Under the pieces are notes generated by a model, which saw nothing but the letters and a program-made list of their open reading frames with translations, was not told the DNA's origin and ran no database searches. A stretch of DNA of 64,000 bases from Chiloscyllium plagiosum (taxonomy: Eukaryota). A program made the position numbers and the translations under genes. The stretch spans positions 653,805 to 717,804 of the forward strand of contig NC_057756.1 in assembly GCF_004010195.1 (NCBI RefSeq), in the 5' to 3' direction. The first letter of the stretch is position 1, and each line of letters begins with the position of its first letter. Below, piece by piece: positions 40,791 to 53,573 of the stretch.

Positions 40791-41014
40791 GGAGAAAGTG
40801 AGGTCTGCAGATGCTGGAGATCCGAGCTGAAAATGTGTTGCTGGAACAGCGCAGCAGGTCAGGCAGCATCCAGGGAACAGGAGAATCGACGTTTCGGGCA
40901 TAAGCCCTTCTTCAGGTTGATTCCTGAAGAAGGGCTTATGCCCGAAACATAGATTCTCCTGTTCCCTGGATGCTGCCTGACCTGCTGCGCTGTTCCAGCA
41001 ACACATTTTCAGCT
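40791..41014. mobile_element. Penelope-derived hairpin element, family 1, with 15-bp TSD
   Basis: 92-bp arms 40825-40916 and 40923-41014 with 2 mismatches; TSD CTATATTATTGGATA at 40776-40790 and 41015-41029. Confidence 0.95.
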
Positions 41015-41838
41015 CTATATTATTGGATATACACATATGTCCCCACTGATTGCAAAAATAAAGGTGTGATTGGAGAATTTCCCATGCCATCGACTAATAT
41101 AGCAGTACTACAACCCATAGGATTGACTGGATGTTATCGGAAATTCGGACCACATTTAGTAGTGTGTCTGCTCCACTCACTGAACTGCTAAAGACGTTTC
41201 AGTGGATGTCAAACTTTCAGAAGTCTTTTGACCGCCTGAAAGCTGTGTTTACCACCGTCCTAGTGTTAGCCACACTTAATTACGTGAAGCCATTCAAGGT
41301 ATCCATCGATGTGAATGGTGTGGGTATCGGTGATGTGCTGTTACAATAAAACAATGACAAGATAGAAAGACCTCGCAAGTATTTCTTCAGGAACTTGGAC
41401 ATTCATCAGCAGAACTATTCAATAGTTGGGAAGGAGACTTTGAGCTTGGTGTTAGCGTGACAATAGTTCAATGTTTATGTTACAAGTAATATATATATGA
41501 CACAATTATATATACTGATTATAACCCATTTAAATTTTAGGAGTAATTTAAGGACAAATAATCCAGACTGTTTAGATATAGCTTGTTATAGCAGCCATTC
41601 AATTTAAAAATTGTGCATGTGGCAGGATGAAAAAATGTGATTGCTAATCATTGTCTAGACTTGGATGAGAAAGAGAGGCGTTTGGTGATAGGAGTAAAAC
41701 AGACTGAAGTACTATTGCATGTTTGCATGTATATAGTCAATGTAATATATATGGGTATTGTAGTGTGTTATCAGTGTAAGATTAAGGGGTCTTAAAATGA
41801 AGGCATGTTTGGATGTTCATGTTTTTTAAGGTAGAAGG

Positions 41839-42473
41839 TGTGATAATGCTGCTCCTTTAACAAAGTTATTTTGTCCTTGGTTTGTTTCTAAAAAATGTTG
41901 TAAAAGGCAGAGGTCCTGATTTGTTGGGGAATGACCACTGTTATTATGGCCAATAGATACTGCCTAAGGTAACAATCAATTAAAAGATTTGATTCTTTTT
42001 CCAAAACACTTGGACAATGAAACGGGAGTAGCCAAATCTCCCAGTTCAGGGATTTTTTTCCAGTTTGGTTTAATGTTTTACCTGTGACCCTGCGAAGCTA
42101 CTGGGGGCAAAGTGGTTTCAAGTTTCAGCTAATGATCCCGAGTTGATCCTTTCTGGCATCTCTCTCTCCTGTACAAAAACCTATGTTTGAATTGACATTT
42201 TTGACAAAGAGCTGTAGAAATCGGAACAGCTGTTTGTTCAGTTTGAACGTGTCAACAAGGTTTTTGAAATCGTTGTTCTTCTAAATTCTGTTTTCTTTGT
42301 GTTTCATTCGGTGGTGTGTAAATGGATGCTGTTTTATTTGAAAACAAGTGGTTTGACCATTTCCATCACTCCTGGGATATCCATCTTAACATCTACCTGA
42401 AACAATTGGAAACGTTGGGGTCTGGGCTACCTTCTTAAAAATGTTTTGAGTGGGTCTGGCCTGGTCTATAACA
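41839..42473 (+). mobile_element. 3' LTR of the Gmr1-like element
   Basis: Starts TGTGAT after AAGGTAGAAGG and ends ATAACA. Confidence 0.75.
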
Positions 42474-42712
42474 TCTTGAGCAAGCATCTTGAATATGCAT
42501 TAATATAGATGACACCACGAAGGCAACCCTTCGCAGGCATTTGCTGGATGGCAAAGACCTCAAAACTACAATTGATTATCATCTTGTTGAACGTTTAAAT
42601 ATCTATGTTTGCGTTCTGATTGACATGCCTTCTTCTTCGCTTTGTTAAAAATCACTTGTTTATCCTTTGGAAAATTTCTGTTCATCTAACATATGATTTT
42701 CTTCCTCAAAAG

Positions 42713-42733
42713 ATGAGAAGGAGAAGGGCAAAG
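42713..42733 (+). CDS. 21-nt microexon, short type B: DEKEKGK
   Basis: attttcttcctcaaaag|ATGAG...CAAAG|gtgggt; phase 1-1; lies just before the type A exon at 43689. Confidence 0.65.
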
Positions 42734-43688
42734 GTGGGTTTGTTCTAGAATTGTGGCATTAATTGAAATGTCCACCATTGGGCAGCTGCCAAGAACAAGA
42801 CATTGTTATATTATAGAACATGCAGGGAATTTATTTCAGTTTGAACTGATTTAGGGTATCTAATAAAAACAAATACATTGTATTCATTATGCTGAATTGG
42901 GCGAGAGATTAAAGGTATGTCTTACAAAGTCAGGCATGGTCATGCATTATACATAACGAAAATGGCTATTAGAAATGTTGTGACTATTGCATAATGTGGT
43001 ATTCCCGTTGGAGTTTGAATTGACCTACACATATTTCTTCATGTCTATATCCCTCTATCGTTCACTATCTATTTCTTTCTCTCTGTGTAATCTGTAATCA
43101 AGGTGATATCTCTGTGTAGAGGCTTTAGAAATGTTGCCAAATATGTTAACATCAATGAAATACGACATAAATGATCGTTTTGAACGATCAAAGAACTCTT
43201 GAGCATCTTTTATACAATTAAATAATACGTAAGTAAATACAGACAAAGCTTCAATTGCAGGTATCCATTAAGAAAGTAGAGCTGACCATCATAAAGAGCA
43301 TTTCAGAAAGTGCAACATGAATGTGTTCAAGATGAGTATCCATAAAATAAATAAGGGATAAAAACATACATTAGCCTTCAGGATATTACGGGATATGGAG
43401 TTGAAAATTGACGGAAATGAATGGCAAAATCTGTGCAAATAAATATCTCTGCACTATGTAGTGCATGCAATTCCGAGGGCTACAATCAATGACTTCATGT
43501 AAATACTGGAAATTAAGTCGTGAAGACCAGATAACAACCAAAGACTACAGGTACATATTAGTGAAGTGAATATCTGTTCCAAGAGGAAACAAATGGTTCA
43601 GGAATGAGTTGACTTCTTACAAAAAACATTTCGACTATTTTGATTTTCAGTTGAAGGTTAGATGCTGACATTTTCTTATAAATTTCAG

Positions 43689-43724
43689 ACTTACTCGATT
43701 GTCAAAAATCCTTAAAAGATTTAG
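43689..43724 (+). CDS. 36-nt microexon, type A: DLLDCQKSLKDL
   Basis: ttttcttataaatttcag|ACTTA...TTTAG|gtaagt. Confidence 0.88.
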
Positions 43725-44408
43725 GTAAGTTAATTTTGCCAATGCCCCTTCCGACGCGCCCTCTAATTTATTCATTGATACAAACCTTGGCCATAATATC
43801 TCCAAGGGTGGAAATGGGTTTCTGGAGATAGGCCTAAACAAGCCATATTTGAAACCAGTGAATCAAGCAATTCTCCGTTCAGTTTTGGAGACTTGAAAGC
43901 ATTTTGCAGTCAATTTTCGATTTTAAATGAGTCATGTCAACATAAGGACTGTTTATTTAGGTCTCAAATTTATCATTCTTATAAAACTTATACAATGGAT
44001 TAAAGCTAAAAGCCACAAATCAGATTAAGTAGGTATATTCGAAATGAATGCAGCCTTGTTTGAAGGCATGAACATATTTTCCTCTTGCCAAACGGCTATT
44101 TGAATTGTAGTTAAATTGATCTTAGAATTACAAAGTATGTTATGCAGGGGATGTATTAAGAATGAATTGTAGAAAGAATAAGATAATGTTCAATCGCGAA
44201 CTAAGGAAAATCATAATCACATAGAATCGATTTAAATTTGAAACTAGTTTCCACAGGGAGTGGTTACTTGGTGAGAACAGCTCTCTTTTGGAAAATCTGT
44301 GCAAAGGCTTCAGGAAGAGATTAACGTGGGATGAGGTGTTCAATACATTTGGCAATTTTATTTTATCTTAATTTATCCTATCACGTAGAATTCTGTTCTC
44401 ATCTGCAG

Positions 44409-44435
44409 AAGATAAACTGAAAAAGAAAGAGGCGG
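44409..44435 (+). CDS. 27-nt microexon, type B: EDKLKKKEA
   Basis: ttctgttctcatctgcag|AAGAT...GGCGG|gtaatt. Confidence 0.85.
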
Positions 44436-45299
44436 GTAATTATGTTATTACTTTGTTGACTGTGCACTGTTGTAATGTTCGAATTGCTTTGCGTTGCCAT
44501 GCATAATGATAATCCATTTGCATTTTACCAGTGAGAAACATACAATATTTTATTTACAAACTGTAAGATTCCTAATTAAAGCTCAGATCCAAGATTATGC
44601 TTGCAATTGCCCTTCCAATTAAAACAAAACTGCATCTAAACTTGTTTTGATATCTTCAATGTGTGACATAAATACCATATTCAATTGAAGAAAGTTGCAT
44701 TAATCATCACCTCGTATGATTAGAGATTGAACTAGCTTTGCCTCAGCCACCTATACACAATACCAAGCTTTAGTAGTGAACATTATTTCAGCAGTGAAAA
44801 TTTGGCTGACAGATTCTGTTTCTTTTTTTCTCAGTTTTTCTTGTGCCGCTGCTCAGCTACAAAATTTTGTGGAAGGCAATTGTTATACACGATTACTTTT
44901 GTTTTCAAAACCAACTTTTATTCTTTGAGATTGATGGAGCAAGTAAAGCTTTCGAAAGTACTGAAATCAATCTGTTACTGATTGGTCATCACATGCAATG
45001 TGAATATATTGTCAATTTGTGCAGTTCTCCACTGAAGTAGGAACACATTTAAAAATGCATTTATTTTCACAAAAAATGAAACTGGTATATACGTATGCAG
45101 AAGAACCTTTATATGAATTCTAAAAAGTTAGCAGGTGGTCAGATTTATCAAATAGGAAATAAGCATGGATGTAATTTTGATCAAATTGTGTGAGATTCAA
45201 AAGACGGAGAAATGTAAACACATATAGATATGGAAATGCTCAAATCTTAGTTGGACAGCAGCATAGCGCTTTTGTTTGCTGCCTAAGTGAAGGTCATAC

Positions 45300-45790
45300 T
45301 TGTCCTGGAGTGAGTAAAGTGAACTTTATATAGGCAAGTTGAAGGGAAGTAATGTAGGGCAGATATTCAGTGATAAGGGCCTGCAACCTTAGGTATAATG
45401 TGAACAAAGACGATCAGATTGATAGAAATGAAAATGATAATGATCTTTAGAGGTTAAAATTTTCAGAAGGTACTTTCTGGATGGAGAACCCAGAGTATTG
45501 TGTTGTAGTCTCAAAAAGAGAGATCAAACTATGTTGAGTATACATGAACTCATTTTGTCATGAACATATTGTGAATCTGGAAATGCTCACACAAAAGTTG
45601 GTTGCAAATATTGCGTGTGCTCGCAAGATATTGATCCACAGAACTTGGCTTTCTAAAGGAGTCGTGGGCAGTAGACGGTTGGGCAAAATGATTGACCTGA
45701 GATATGGCATAAGCCACCATTTGATGGAATTTTGGAGGTATATCGGTGTTACAAATGGATTGGTCCAATCATAGTAATATTAATATGTTA
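45300..45790 (+). mobile_element. Ancient CR1 3' fragment
   Basis: Degenerate GTGAATCTGGAAATGCTCACACAAAAG... and 3' UTR-like sequence. Confidence 0.5.
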
Positions 45791-45864
45791 TGACATTCTA
45801 GAACTTCAAGGTTGAGGAAATTGTTAATTTGTCAATCTGAAAATATCTATTGTTTGTATTTCAG

Positions 45865-45900
45865 AATTGGAATCATGTCAAGAAAATGTAGAAGAACGTG
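45865..45900 (+). CDS. 36-nt microexon, type A: ELESCQENVEER
   Basis: ttgtttgtatttcag|AATTG...ACGTG|gtaagt. Confidence 0.88.
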
Positions 45901-45949
45901 GTAAGTGTATTGGAGAATGCTTCATATTATCTTCAGTTCATTATTATAT

Positions 45950-47265
45950 AAATCCAATTGGCTATTGATTTGTTAAGTGCATTCAGGAAAGTTTCCTCAA
46001 GCAGTATATGGAGGATCCAGAATGGAAAGGGGCAACATTCGAACTATTGGGAAATAAAGCAGAACAGTTGACGGATGTTATAGTGAGGGAGACATTTGAG
46101 ACCAGTGGCTATAGTTCTGTTAGTTTTAATATAATTGCGGAGAGGAACAAAACTTGTCTATGGGTTCAAGTTCAACATTGTCACAAGGCGAAGTTTGGTG
46201 GAATTAGACAGGAGCTTGCAGGGGTTGTTTGGAATAGTTTGTTTCCAGGCAAAGTGGACTCCAGAAAGTTGGAAGATCAGACTGAATCCGAAGGGGTCCT
46301 TTTATTATATTAAAAAATATAACAAGTGTATTAAACAAGAGTAATAATTGACCAGAGAATAGGACCAACTTGGACAAATATGTGTAGAACTGCAGGAGAG
46401 GAGTAAGGTTCTTGATCAGTATTTATCATCTTTTATTAGCGTGGAGGAAATCTTGGGAACATGGGAAAGTTAGTGGTGATATCTTGGGAACAGTTCATGT
46501 CATAGTAGGGAAGGAATTGGATGTGTTAGAATACGTGAAGTTCAATAAATCTGGTTGTGACTATATATAATCAAAAACACTTCAAAAGTCTAAAAAAGAA
46601 ATGACTGAGTTGCTGGCTGAAATTTTTGCATCATCGTTAGCTATGGGCGAGGTCCCAGATGACAAGAGGGAGGCGAATGCTCTGTCCTCATCCGAGGGTG
46701 GCACGGTGACTCAGTGGTTGGCACCACTACCTCAGAATGCCAGGGATGCGGATTCGATTCTAGCCTGGGGTGCAGAGTTCGCACATTCTCCCCGTATTTG
46801 TGTACTCTGGGTGCTTCGGTTTCCTCTCACAGTCCAAACATGTGTAGGTTAGGTGAATTGGCTATGTTAAATTGCTCATAACATTCATCGGATGTATTGG
46901 TAAGATGCATCATTTAGGGAAATGCAACATAACACATTAGTGGAATTGGTCTAGGTGGCATATTCTTCAGAGGATTGGTGTGGACTTGTTGGGCCAAATG
47001 GCCTCTTTTTACACTGTATGGATTCTCTGACTCTTTGAAGGGCTGCAAGCAACAACAGTGAGATATGGTCCAGTAAGCTTAGCATCTGTGGTAGGTACAT
47101 TAATTGAGAAGATTCTGAGAGAAAAAGTATACATACATTTAGAAAGACAAGTTTTGATTAGGAATAATCAGAATGGCTTTGCGTGTGTGAAATTATGCCA
47201 CACAATTGTGAGCGTTCTTTGATGAATTGGACAGGAAGGTTGATGAGGGCAGGGTAGTAGTGCTA
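45950..47265 (+). mobile_element. Old CR1 ORF2 fragment containing an HE1 SINE (about 46696-47032, plus)
   Basis: AEIFASSLAMGEVPDDKREAN, then the HE1 head GGGTGGCACGGTGACTCAGTGG, then RT resumes (VSLASVVG). Confidence 0.8.
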
Positions 47266-47271
47266 GTCTTC

Positions 47272-47766
47272 AGTCGAAAAGTGTGATGCTGGAAAAGCAC
47301 AAATTGTCAGACAGCATCCGAGGAGCACAAGAATCGATGTTTCGAGCATAAGCTTTTCATCAAGAATGAGAGGGTGGCCAAAGGGAGCTGAGAGATAAAT
47401 GGGCAGGGGTGGGTGGGGGCAGTGTGGGGCTTGGAGCAAGGTAACTGAGATTATGTTGAGTAGATGAAGTTGGAGTGAAGGTGAATGTTCGGAGAGGTGG
47501 TTGGGGCCGACAGGTGGGAAGGAACGTGGACAGGTAGGACAGGTCAGGATGGCTGTTCTGAGTGGGGAGGTTAGATCTGGGATAACGTGGGGGAAGGGGA
47601 CATTAGGAAGCTGGTGAATGCCACATTGATCGTGTATGGTTGGAGGGTCTGAAAGCAGAAGATGAGGCGTTCTTGCTCTGTGTTTTGTGTGGTCAGATTA
47701 TGGTGGTGGAAGCAGTCAAGTATCTGCATATTCTTTGTTAGAGTGGATGGGGGAGTTAAAGTATTG
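47272..47766 (-). mobile_element. Penelope-like element 3' end
   Basis: Terminal repeat GCTGGAAAAGCAC...GAATCGATGTTTCG, purine-rich UTR, end of the GIY-YIG region. Confidence 0.75.
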
Positions 47767-47989
47767 ATACGTTTGATTGGGCTGCCTTGTCTGGTATTGT
47801 TATTGTTATCTTAGTGTTAAATGAAAGTGGGACTTGAGATTTGTCCTCGTTTCCTTGTTAATGGATTGATAGGGTTTGGGATCTGGCCTTGCTGCGCTTT
47901 CCTCTGTGAATAGTAGTTTATTGTGAACTGCTGGTTTTTGTTTATTGTTAACTGTTTGCAGTTGTACTGTTTCATAAAATGAAAAATAA

Positions 47990-49302
47990 TATCAGCAGGA
48001 GGTTTAGAATTTCCTCAGTTCAGGTGACTGAGACTGAGCAAAGTGGCCACAGCAAGGGTACTGTGCATAAATAAATGAAGTGGGACTTGCAGACAGGATT
48101 CCTGACTGTGCTGTTATTCCAGTGGTGACGAGAGTGGGATGTGATTTTGGATGAAACCAGAATAAAATGCTTACAGACCATTTGGTATGTAGGATTAAAG
48201 AATCGACTCATAAGGAAGCCCAGCTGAACTTCCAACACACACTGCAACTGAATGTGTCATGAGAAAATGTGGCAAATGGAGCAACAGAACTACAGGTCGG
48301 ACAGAGCTTGGCAAACACCAGTTGAGCCTCTTGCAGATTATGTCCTGAGCGCAGGGTAACAAGGCCAGTCCACAGCCGATTGCCACAACAAAACCGAGCC
48401 TTGGTGAAGTGAATGAAGTATTATTTAGAATCTGGGCTGGCAAACTATTGTCGTTGCTGCCGGTGTGCATACTCACGACAGCAAAGAAGTCCTACATGGC
48501 CTGACTGGAGTTAAAAAACTTATCAGACGGTATCCCCAGGAGAGTGCACATCCTAGAAAATTCCTCTATGTGTAGTTTGCAAAACTTAAATTGCTTAGCA
48601 ACATCCAAATCAGAACTAATTAAAATTAATGTTTGGCTAAATGGACCCCAGTTCCTATGTAGGTCGTTGCAGGTGCAGCTCCATCTGTGAATGCAGAAGC
48701 TATCTTTAACAAGATTCGCCCGGGATGCAAACCCTTATAATTGTACAAGATTTCATTCATACTAAGAAGACGCTGGGGAACTGTTGTAGGTTAAGGTTAT
48801 GACTTCAGTTCCGATCTCTGAAGAAAAGCAGTTGATGCAGTTACCAATGAAGGTGGTGAAAGGGTCAGCTCAAACCATATCTGGACAAAATTGTTTGAGG
48901 AAGATTCACCGAGATTGGCTCACCATTTTTCCATTATGAAATTGCTGCCTCAGTGAAGCCCTACTGAAATACTCAAGAGTTTTTCAGGAAGGACTTAGGA
49001 TTATCAAAGTTCAATATTCATTTTGTATATGAACCAGAAAGCAACTCTGAGAGTTTGCAAAGCCTGCATGGTGGTATTTGCGTTGCGGGCAAATGTAGAT
49101 ATGGAAACCAGGAGGCTGAAAAATGAAAGAATCATCTAACTCCTGCAGTTTACAGAATAGGCAGTACCTGTCATCGATTGTGAAGCATAACGGTTCAGTT
49201 CGCCTTTGTGGTGATTTTAAGCAAATATTAACTCCTTCTCAAATACTAAAACCCTCACATAAGCAAAGTTGGCAAGCCTGCCGTCCTTTATGAAGCTCAA
49301 CG
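47990..49302 (+). mobile_element. Gypsy LTR retrotransposon remnant (LTR end, PBS, protease, start of RT)
   Basis: PBS TGGTGACGAG at 48123-48132 (tRNA-Ser-like); VWLNG..VAGAAPSV protease remnant; NGSVRLCGDFKQ. Confidence 0.8.
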
Positions 49303-50240
49303 TGAGTTGATAAAGTATGGCACTAGAAAAGGCATAGCAGATCAAACAGCATCTGAGGAAGAAAAAGCATAGACGTTTCAGCAGACCGTTCTTCATGACT
49401 GGGGAGGGTGAACAAGGCTGTGAAATATATGGGAGTGGGGCTAGGGGAACATAGGTGGGATGGCGATAGTTGGGTGAACATAGGAGGTGGTAGTGATATG
49501 TTGGTGGGAAGGAAAATAGACAGGTTGGTTGGGCTAAGAGGGCACAACGCATCATTCCAAATCCAGTAGAGATTTACTAGTACATCCTCCAACCATATTT
49601 ACTGTATCCAGTGCTCTCGATGTGGTCTCCTCTGCATTGGAGAGACCAAGTGAAAACTCATAAAACTCATAGAATGGTTCAAGGAACATCTCTGGTCTGT
49701 ACGCACCAATCAACCTCGTCTTCCTGTGGCCATTCACTTCAACTCCCCCTCTCACTCATCTGGGGACATGTTCATTCTGGGCCTCCTCCACTGCCAACAC
49801 AACACCATCTGTGACCTGAAGGAGGAACATCCCATCTTTTGCCTCAGAAGGCTACTACCAAACAGCATCAACATTAAATTCAACATTTCAAAATCTCCCC
49901 ACACCAACCCCATCACACATGCAACCCTCTGACTTAGCTCTGCCATCTTGATCTGAAATACTTCTCCATCTTCCTCCCCACCCATGTGCTCCACACTTGC
50001 CACCAACCTATTACCATCACCTTGCCCCATTCGCACCCTATTCCCATCCCGCCTATGTTTTCCCTGGCTCCATCCCATATCTAATTCCCAGTCCTCTTCC
50101 TCCTCCCAACTACTTAAGAAGGTCCATGCCCAAAACGTCGACTCTCTTGTTCATCAAATGGTGCCTGATCTCCTGTGCCTTTTCCAGCCCCAAGCTTTAT
50201 CAACTCTGACTCTCCAGCATCCGCTGTCCTCACCTTCTCC
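49303..50240 (+). mobile_element. Penelope-like element 3' part (GIY-YIG) with an inverted terminal repeat at its 5' end
   Basis: IYCIQCSRCGLLCIGETK, HFNSPSHS; 49303-49395 is an inverted copy of about 50115-50206. Confidence 0.85.
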
Positions 50241-50249
50241 TAGAATCTG

Positions 50250-51420
50250 GGCATGTAGAGGAGACCACTTCGGGAGCAACGGATACAATAAATGATATTG
50301 GTGGATGTCCAGCTAAATCTTTGATGGATTTGAAGGTTCCTTTGGGACCTTGGAAGGAGGTGAGGGAGCAGGTGTGGGCGCAGGTTTTGCAATTCCTGCG
50401 GTGGCAGGGGAAGGTGCCAGGACGGGAGGGTGGGTTGTGGGGGGGGCATGGACTTGACCATGTAGTCATGGAGGGAATGGACTTTGTGGAAGGCGGAAAG
50501 GGGTGGGGAGGGAAAATATTCCTGTTGGAGGGGTCCGTTTGGAGGTGGCAGAAATGTAATTGGATGATTTGGTTTATGAGAAGGTTGGTAGGGTGGAAGA
50601 TGAGCACCAGGAGGGTTCTGTCCTTGTTAAGGATGGAGGGTGGGGTCTGAGGGCGGAGGTGCGGGATGTGGACGAGATGCATTGGAGGGCATCTTTAACC
50701 TTGTGGAGAGGGAAATTGCGGTCTCTAGAGAAGGAGACCATCTGGTGTGTTCTGTGGTGGAACTGGTCCTCCTGGGAGCAGATATGGCAGAGGCGGAGGA
50801 ATTGGGAATTCGGAATGGCATTTTTGCAGGAAGTAGGGTGGGAAGAGGTGTAATGCAGGTAGCTGTGGGAGTTGGTGGGTTTGTAAAAAAATGTTGGTGT
50901 CAAGTTGGTCGTCATTAATGGAGATGGAGAGGTCCAGGAAGGGGAGGGAGGCGTCAGAGATGGTCCAGGTAATTTTAAGGTCAGGGTGGAATGTGTTGGT
51001 GATTTTGATGAATTGCCCGACCTCCTCATGGGAGCACGAGGCGGCACCAATGCAGTCTTCAATGTTGCAGTGGAAGAGGTGGGGAGTGGTGCCGGTGTAA
51101 CTACGGAAAATGGACTGTTCTACGTAGCCAACAAAGAGACAGGCATAGCTAGGCCCCATACAGGTGCCCATGGCTTCCCTTTTGGTCTGGAGGAAGTGGG
51201 AAGATTCGAAGGAGAAATTGTTGAGGGTGAGGACCAGTTCAGCCAAACAAATGAGAGTGTCAGTGGAAGGGTACTGTTGGGGACAATGGGAGAGAAGAAA
51301 CGGACGGCTTGAAGGCCCTGGTCATGGCTGATGTAGGTTTAGAGGGATTGGATATACTTGGTGAAAATGTGGAGTTAGGAGCTGGGGTAACAGAGGTATT
51401 GGAGGAGGTGGAGGGCATGG
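50250..51420 (-). mobile_element. Penelope-like element RT, linker and start of GIY-YIG
   Basis: LNNFSF..FLQTKREAMGTCMGPSYACLF, FYKPTNSHSYL, PGTFPCHRRNCKTC, IIYCIRCSRSGLLY. Confidence 0.92.
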
Positions 51421-51947
51421 GTTTGTGTACTTGTAGTAATTTTGCCACCATACCTATTGTGCCATTTGTTCAAGAATATACTAAATCTTCATCCATTAAA
51501 GAAGTAGATTCAGATTCTCTGAACAAGATTTGTGAATTTAGCTGTGATCACACTTAGCCTATGAGTGATGACTTAGTTGACACTACATAATGCGCTAAAA
51601 AAACGTCAATTTAAATGGAAAACCAATCTTTAAAATTGATCATGACATTTTGGAATAAACACGATATACTGAGTTTCTTTTATATGGCATAACCTGACTA
51701 GAATCACAACAATCTACATAATACCATAGGAGAATATTGCGTTGCTACTAAACCAATGCCATCCTCCCATACAGTTAATAACAAGTTAGTACTGGACTCA
51801 ACCTTATACATAAGGATTATGCTATCTTTAGTATTTCTGTTTTGCTGTTGCATTAAATCAACGTGAATATTACCCATTGTGTCGTCACCTCTTCGATTAT
51901 GCTGACAAGAACCAAAAGCATTGCTACATTTTCGTTCCAATTGATTG

Positions 51948-52299
51948 AAATAGAGACATATAAGATAATCAGAGGGTTAGATAGGGTAGACAGGGAGAGC
52001 CTTTTTCCAAGAATGGTGACGGTGAGCACGCGGGGGCATAGCTTTAAATTGAGGGGTGATAGATATGGAGCAGATGTCAGAGGTATTTCTTTACTCAGAG
52101 AGTAGTAAGGATATGGAATGCTTTGCCTGCAACGGTAGCAGATTCGCCAACTTTAAGTACATTTAAGTCGTCATTGGACAAGCATATGGACGTACATGGA
52201 ATAGTGTAGGTTAGATTGGCTTCAGATTGGTATGACAGGTCGGCGCAACACCGAGGGCCGAAGGGCCTGTACTGCACTGTAATGTTCTATGTTCTGTGT
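51948..52299 (+). mobile_element. CR1 3' fragment
   Basis: IETYKIIRGLDRVD..RGHSFKL; GGGCCGAAGGGCCTGT and (GTTCTAT)n tail. Confidence 0.92.
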
Positions 52300-52489
52300 T
52301 CTAGGAAAAGAATGGCATCCAGCGTTCACTGTGTGTTTTAGTTTTGAAAGTAAAGCAAACAGGACATGTGTAGATTTGTGCACATTCCTCAAGCCAATGT
52401 TGAAAAGCAAAGCTTACAATATATGTTCCAATATGATCTAAATGGAGCCAGAATTTGCCCGTTAACCCAAAGTATTTTAACTAACCAGA

Positions 52490-52977
52490 AGGATTCCCTC
52501 AAGGGCATACTATTCCTGGCCTCCCTGCAACATCAAATCCAAGCCACCAGCCAACTGAAGGAAGAACACCTCATTTTCCATCCGGTGGCCCTTCATCCAC
52601 ACATACTCAATACTGACCTCACCAGTTTCCAAATCTCCTCATTCCTCAACTAATCCCAGATACAACCCTCCAACTCTTCACTGCACTGTTGAACTGGCAT
52701 CCTGTCCATCTTCCTTCTCACCTAATCCGCTCGACCCTCTTCACCGACGTATCACAGTTACCTCCCAACTGCATCTACATATCAGCACCCCGTCAAACAT
52801 CGCCCTGCCCAGTCCAACTGCTAACCCCAATTTGTTTCTCAGACCCTTCTTCCTCCACATTGCTAATTAATGACATGTGCCTCAAACGTCAATTCTCCTG
52901 CTCCTTGGATGCTGTGTTTTCCAGCGCCATACTTTTCGACTCTGACTTTCCAGCATCTGCAGTCTTTACTTTCTCCT
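52490..52977 (+). mobile_element. Penelope-like element 3' end
   Basis: LKEEHLIF; terminal CAGCATCTGCAGTCTTTACTTTCTCC. Confidence 0.8.
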
Positions 52978-53295
52978 AACGAGAAGCAATCATCACTAAA
53001 GAATAATTGGGTTGGCTAAAAAAAATTCGACCAGGACTATTGGTACATGGAAAATGGAAAAAAATGTTGATATGTTCAACTGCAATCAATCCAAATTATA
53101 TGGTACACTACAAACATCGGCAAGTTCACGGAGGAGTGATGTAGATTCAATCCAGATGGTTGTGAAACTTTCTCAGTATTGTCAAACAAGTGTTCATGAA
53201 GTCAGAAACTAAACATGGTACTGTTACATTTGGAGAATAAATAATCTTATTACTTGTCATGAATATTCACAAATTAAATCTTTTGTTTCTTATAG

Positions 53296-53322
53296 AGGAT
53301 AAATTGAAAGCAAAAGAGAAAG
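53296..53322 (+). CDS. 27-nt microexon, type B: EDKLKAKEK
   Basis: ttttgtttcttatag|AGGAT...GAAAG|gtaaac. Confidence 0.88.
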
Positions 53323-53525
53323 GTAAACCGGAAATATGAATGAATATTATGCAGAGCTTACGTCATACCGTTATTTTGAACACGATGACATCAGTTACTA
53401 ATATCGAAGAATGCCTTCTGAAGAGTACTAATCATTTACTTTGTGTGACATTTCTGCTCCCATAGCTGATTGACGCTTACTTACAGGATAAAGAGCTGGG
53501 AGTGTCTTAATTTTTTTTCAAGCGA

Positions 53526-53573
53526 TCAGCAAACTTTGTTGCAGAAATCTCAGCAAACTTTGTTGCAGAAGTC
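53526..53573 (+). repeat. 24-bp tandem duplication
   Basis: TCAGCAAACTTTGTTGCAGAA(A/G)TC twice. Confidence 0.9.

Larger units (their letters stand above)
39440..41838 (+). mobile_element. Gmr1-like Gypsy pol remnant, domain order integrase, RT, RNase H
   Basis: Integrase C-terminus (GDKV, HVNMLK) at 39580-39760; RT WSSPIVMVPKTDG, KLDLLR, MPFGMKNVPATFQ; RNase H PFKVSIDV..VGIGDVLLQ, QQNYS, IYTDYNP; purine tract before 41839. Confidence 0.85.

Noticed and set aside
43120..43228. 109-nt exon-like block ending in GTAAGT
   Set aside because: Stops in all three frames and length not divisible by 3.
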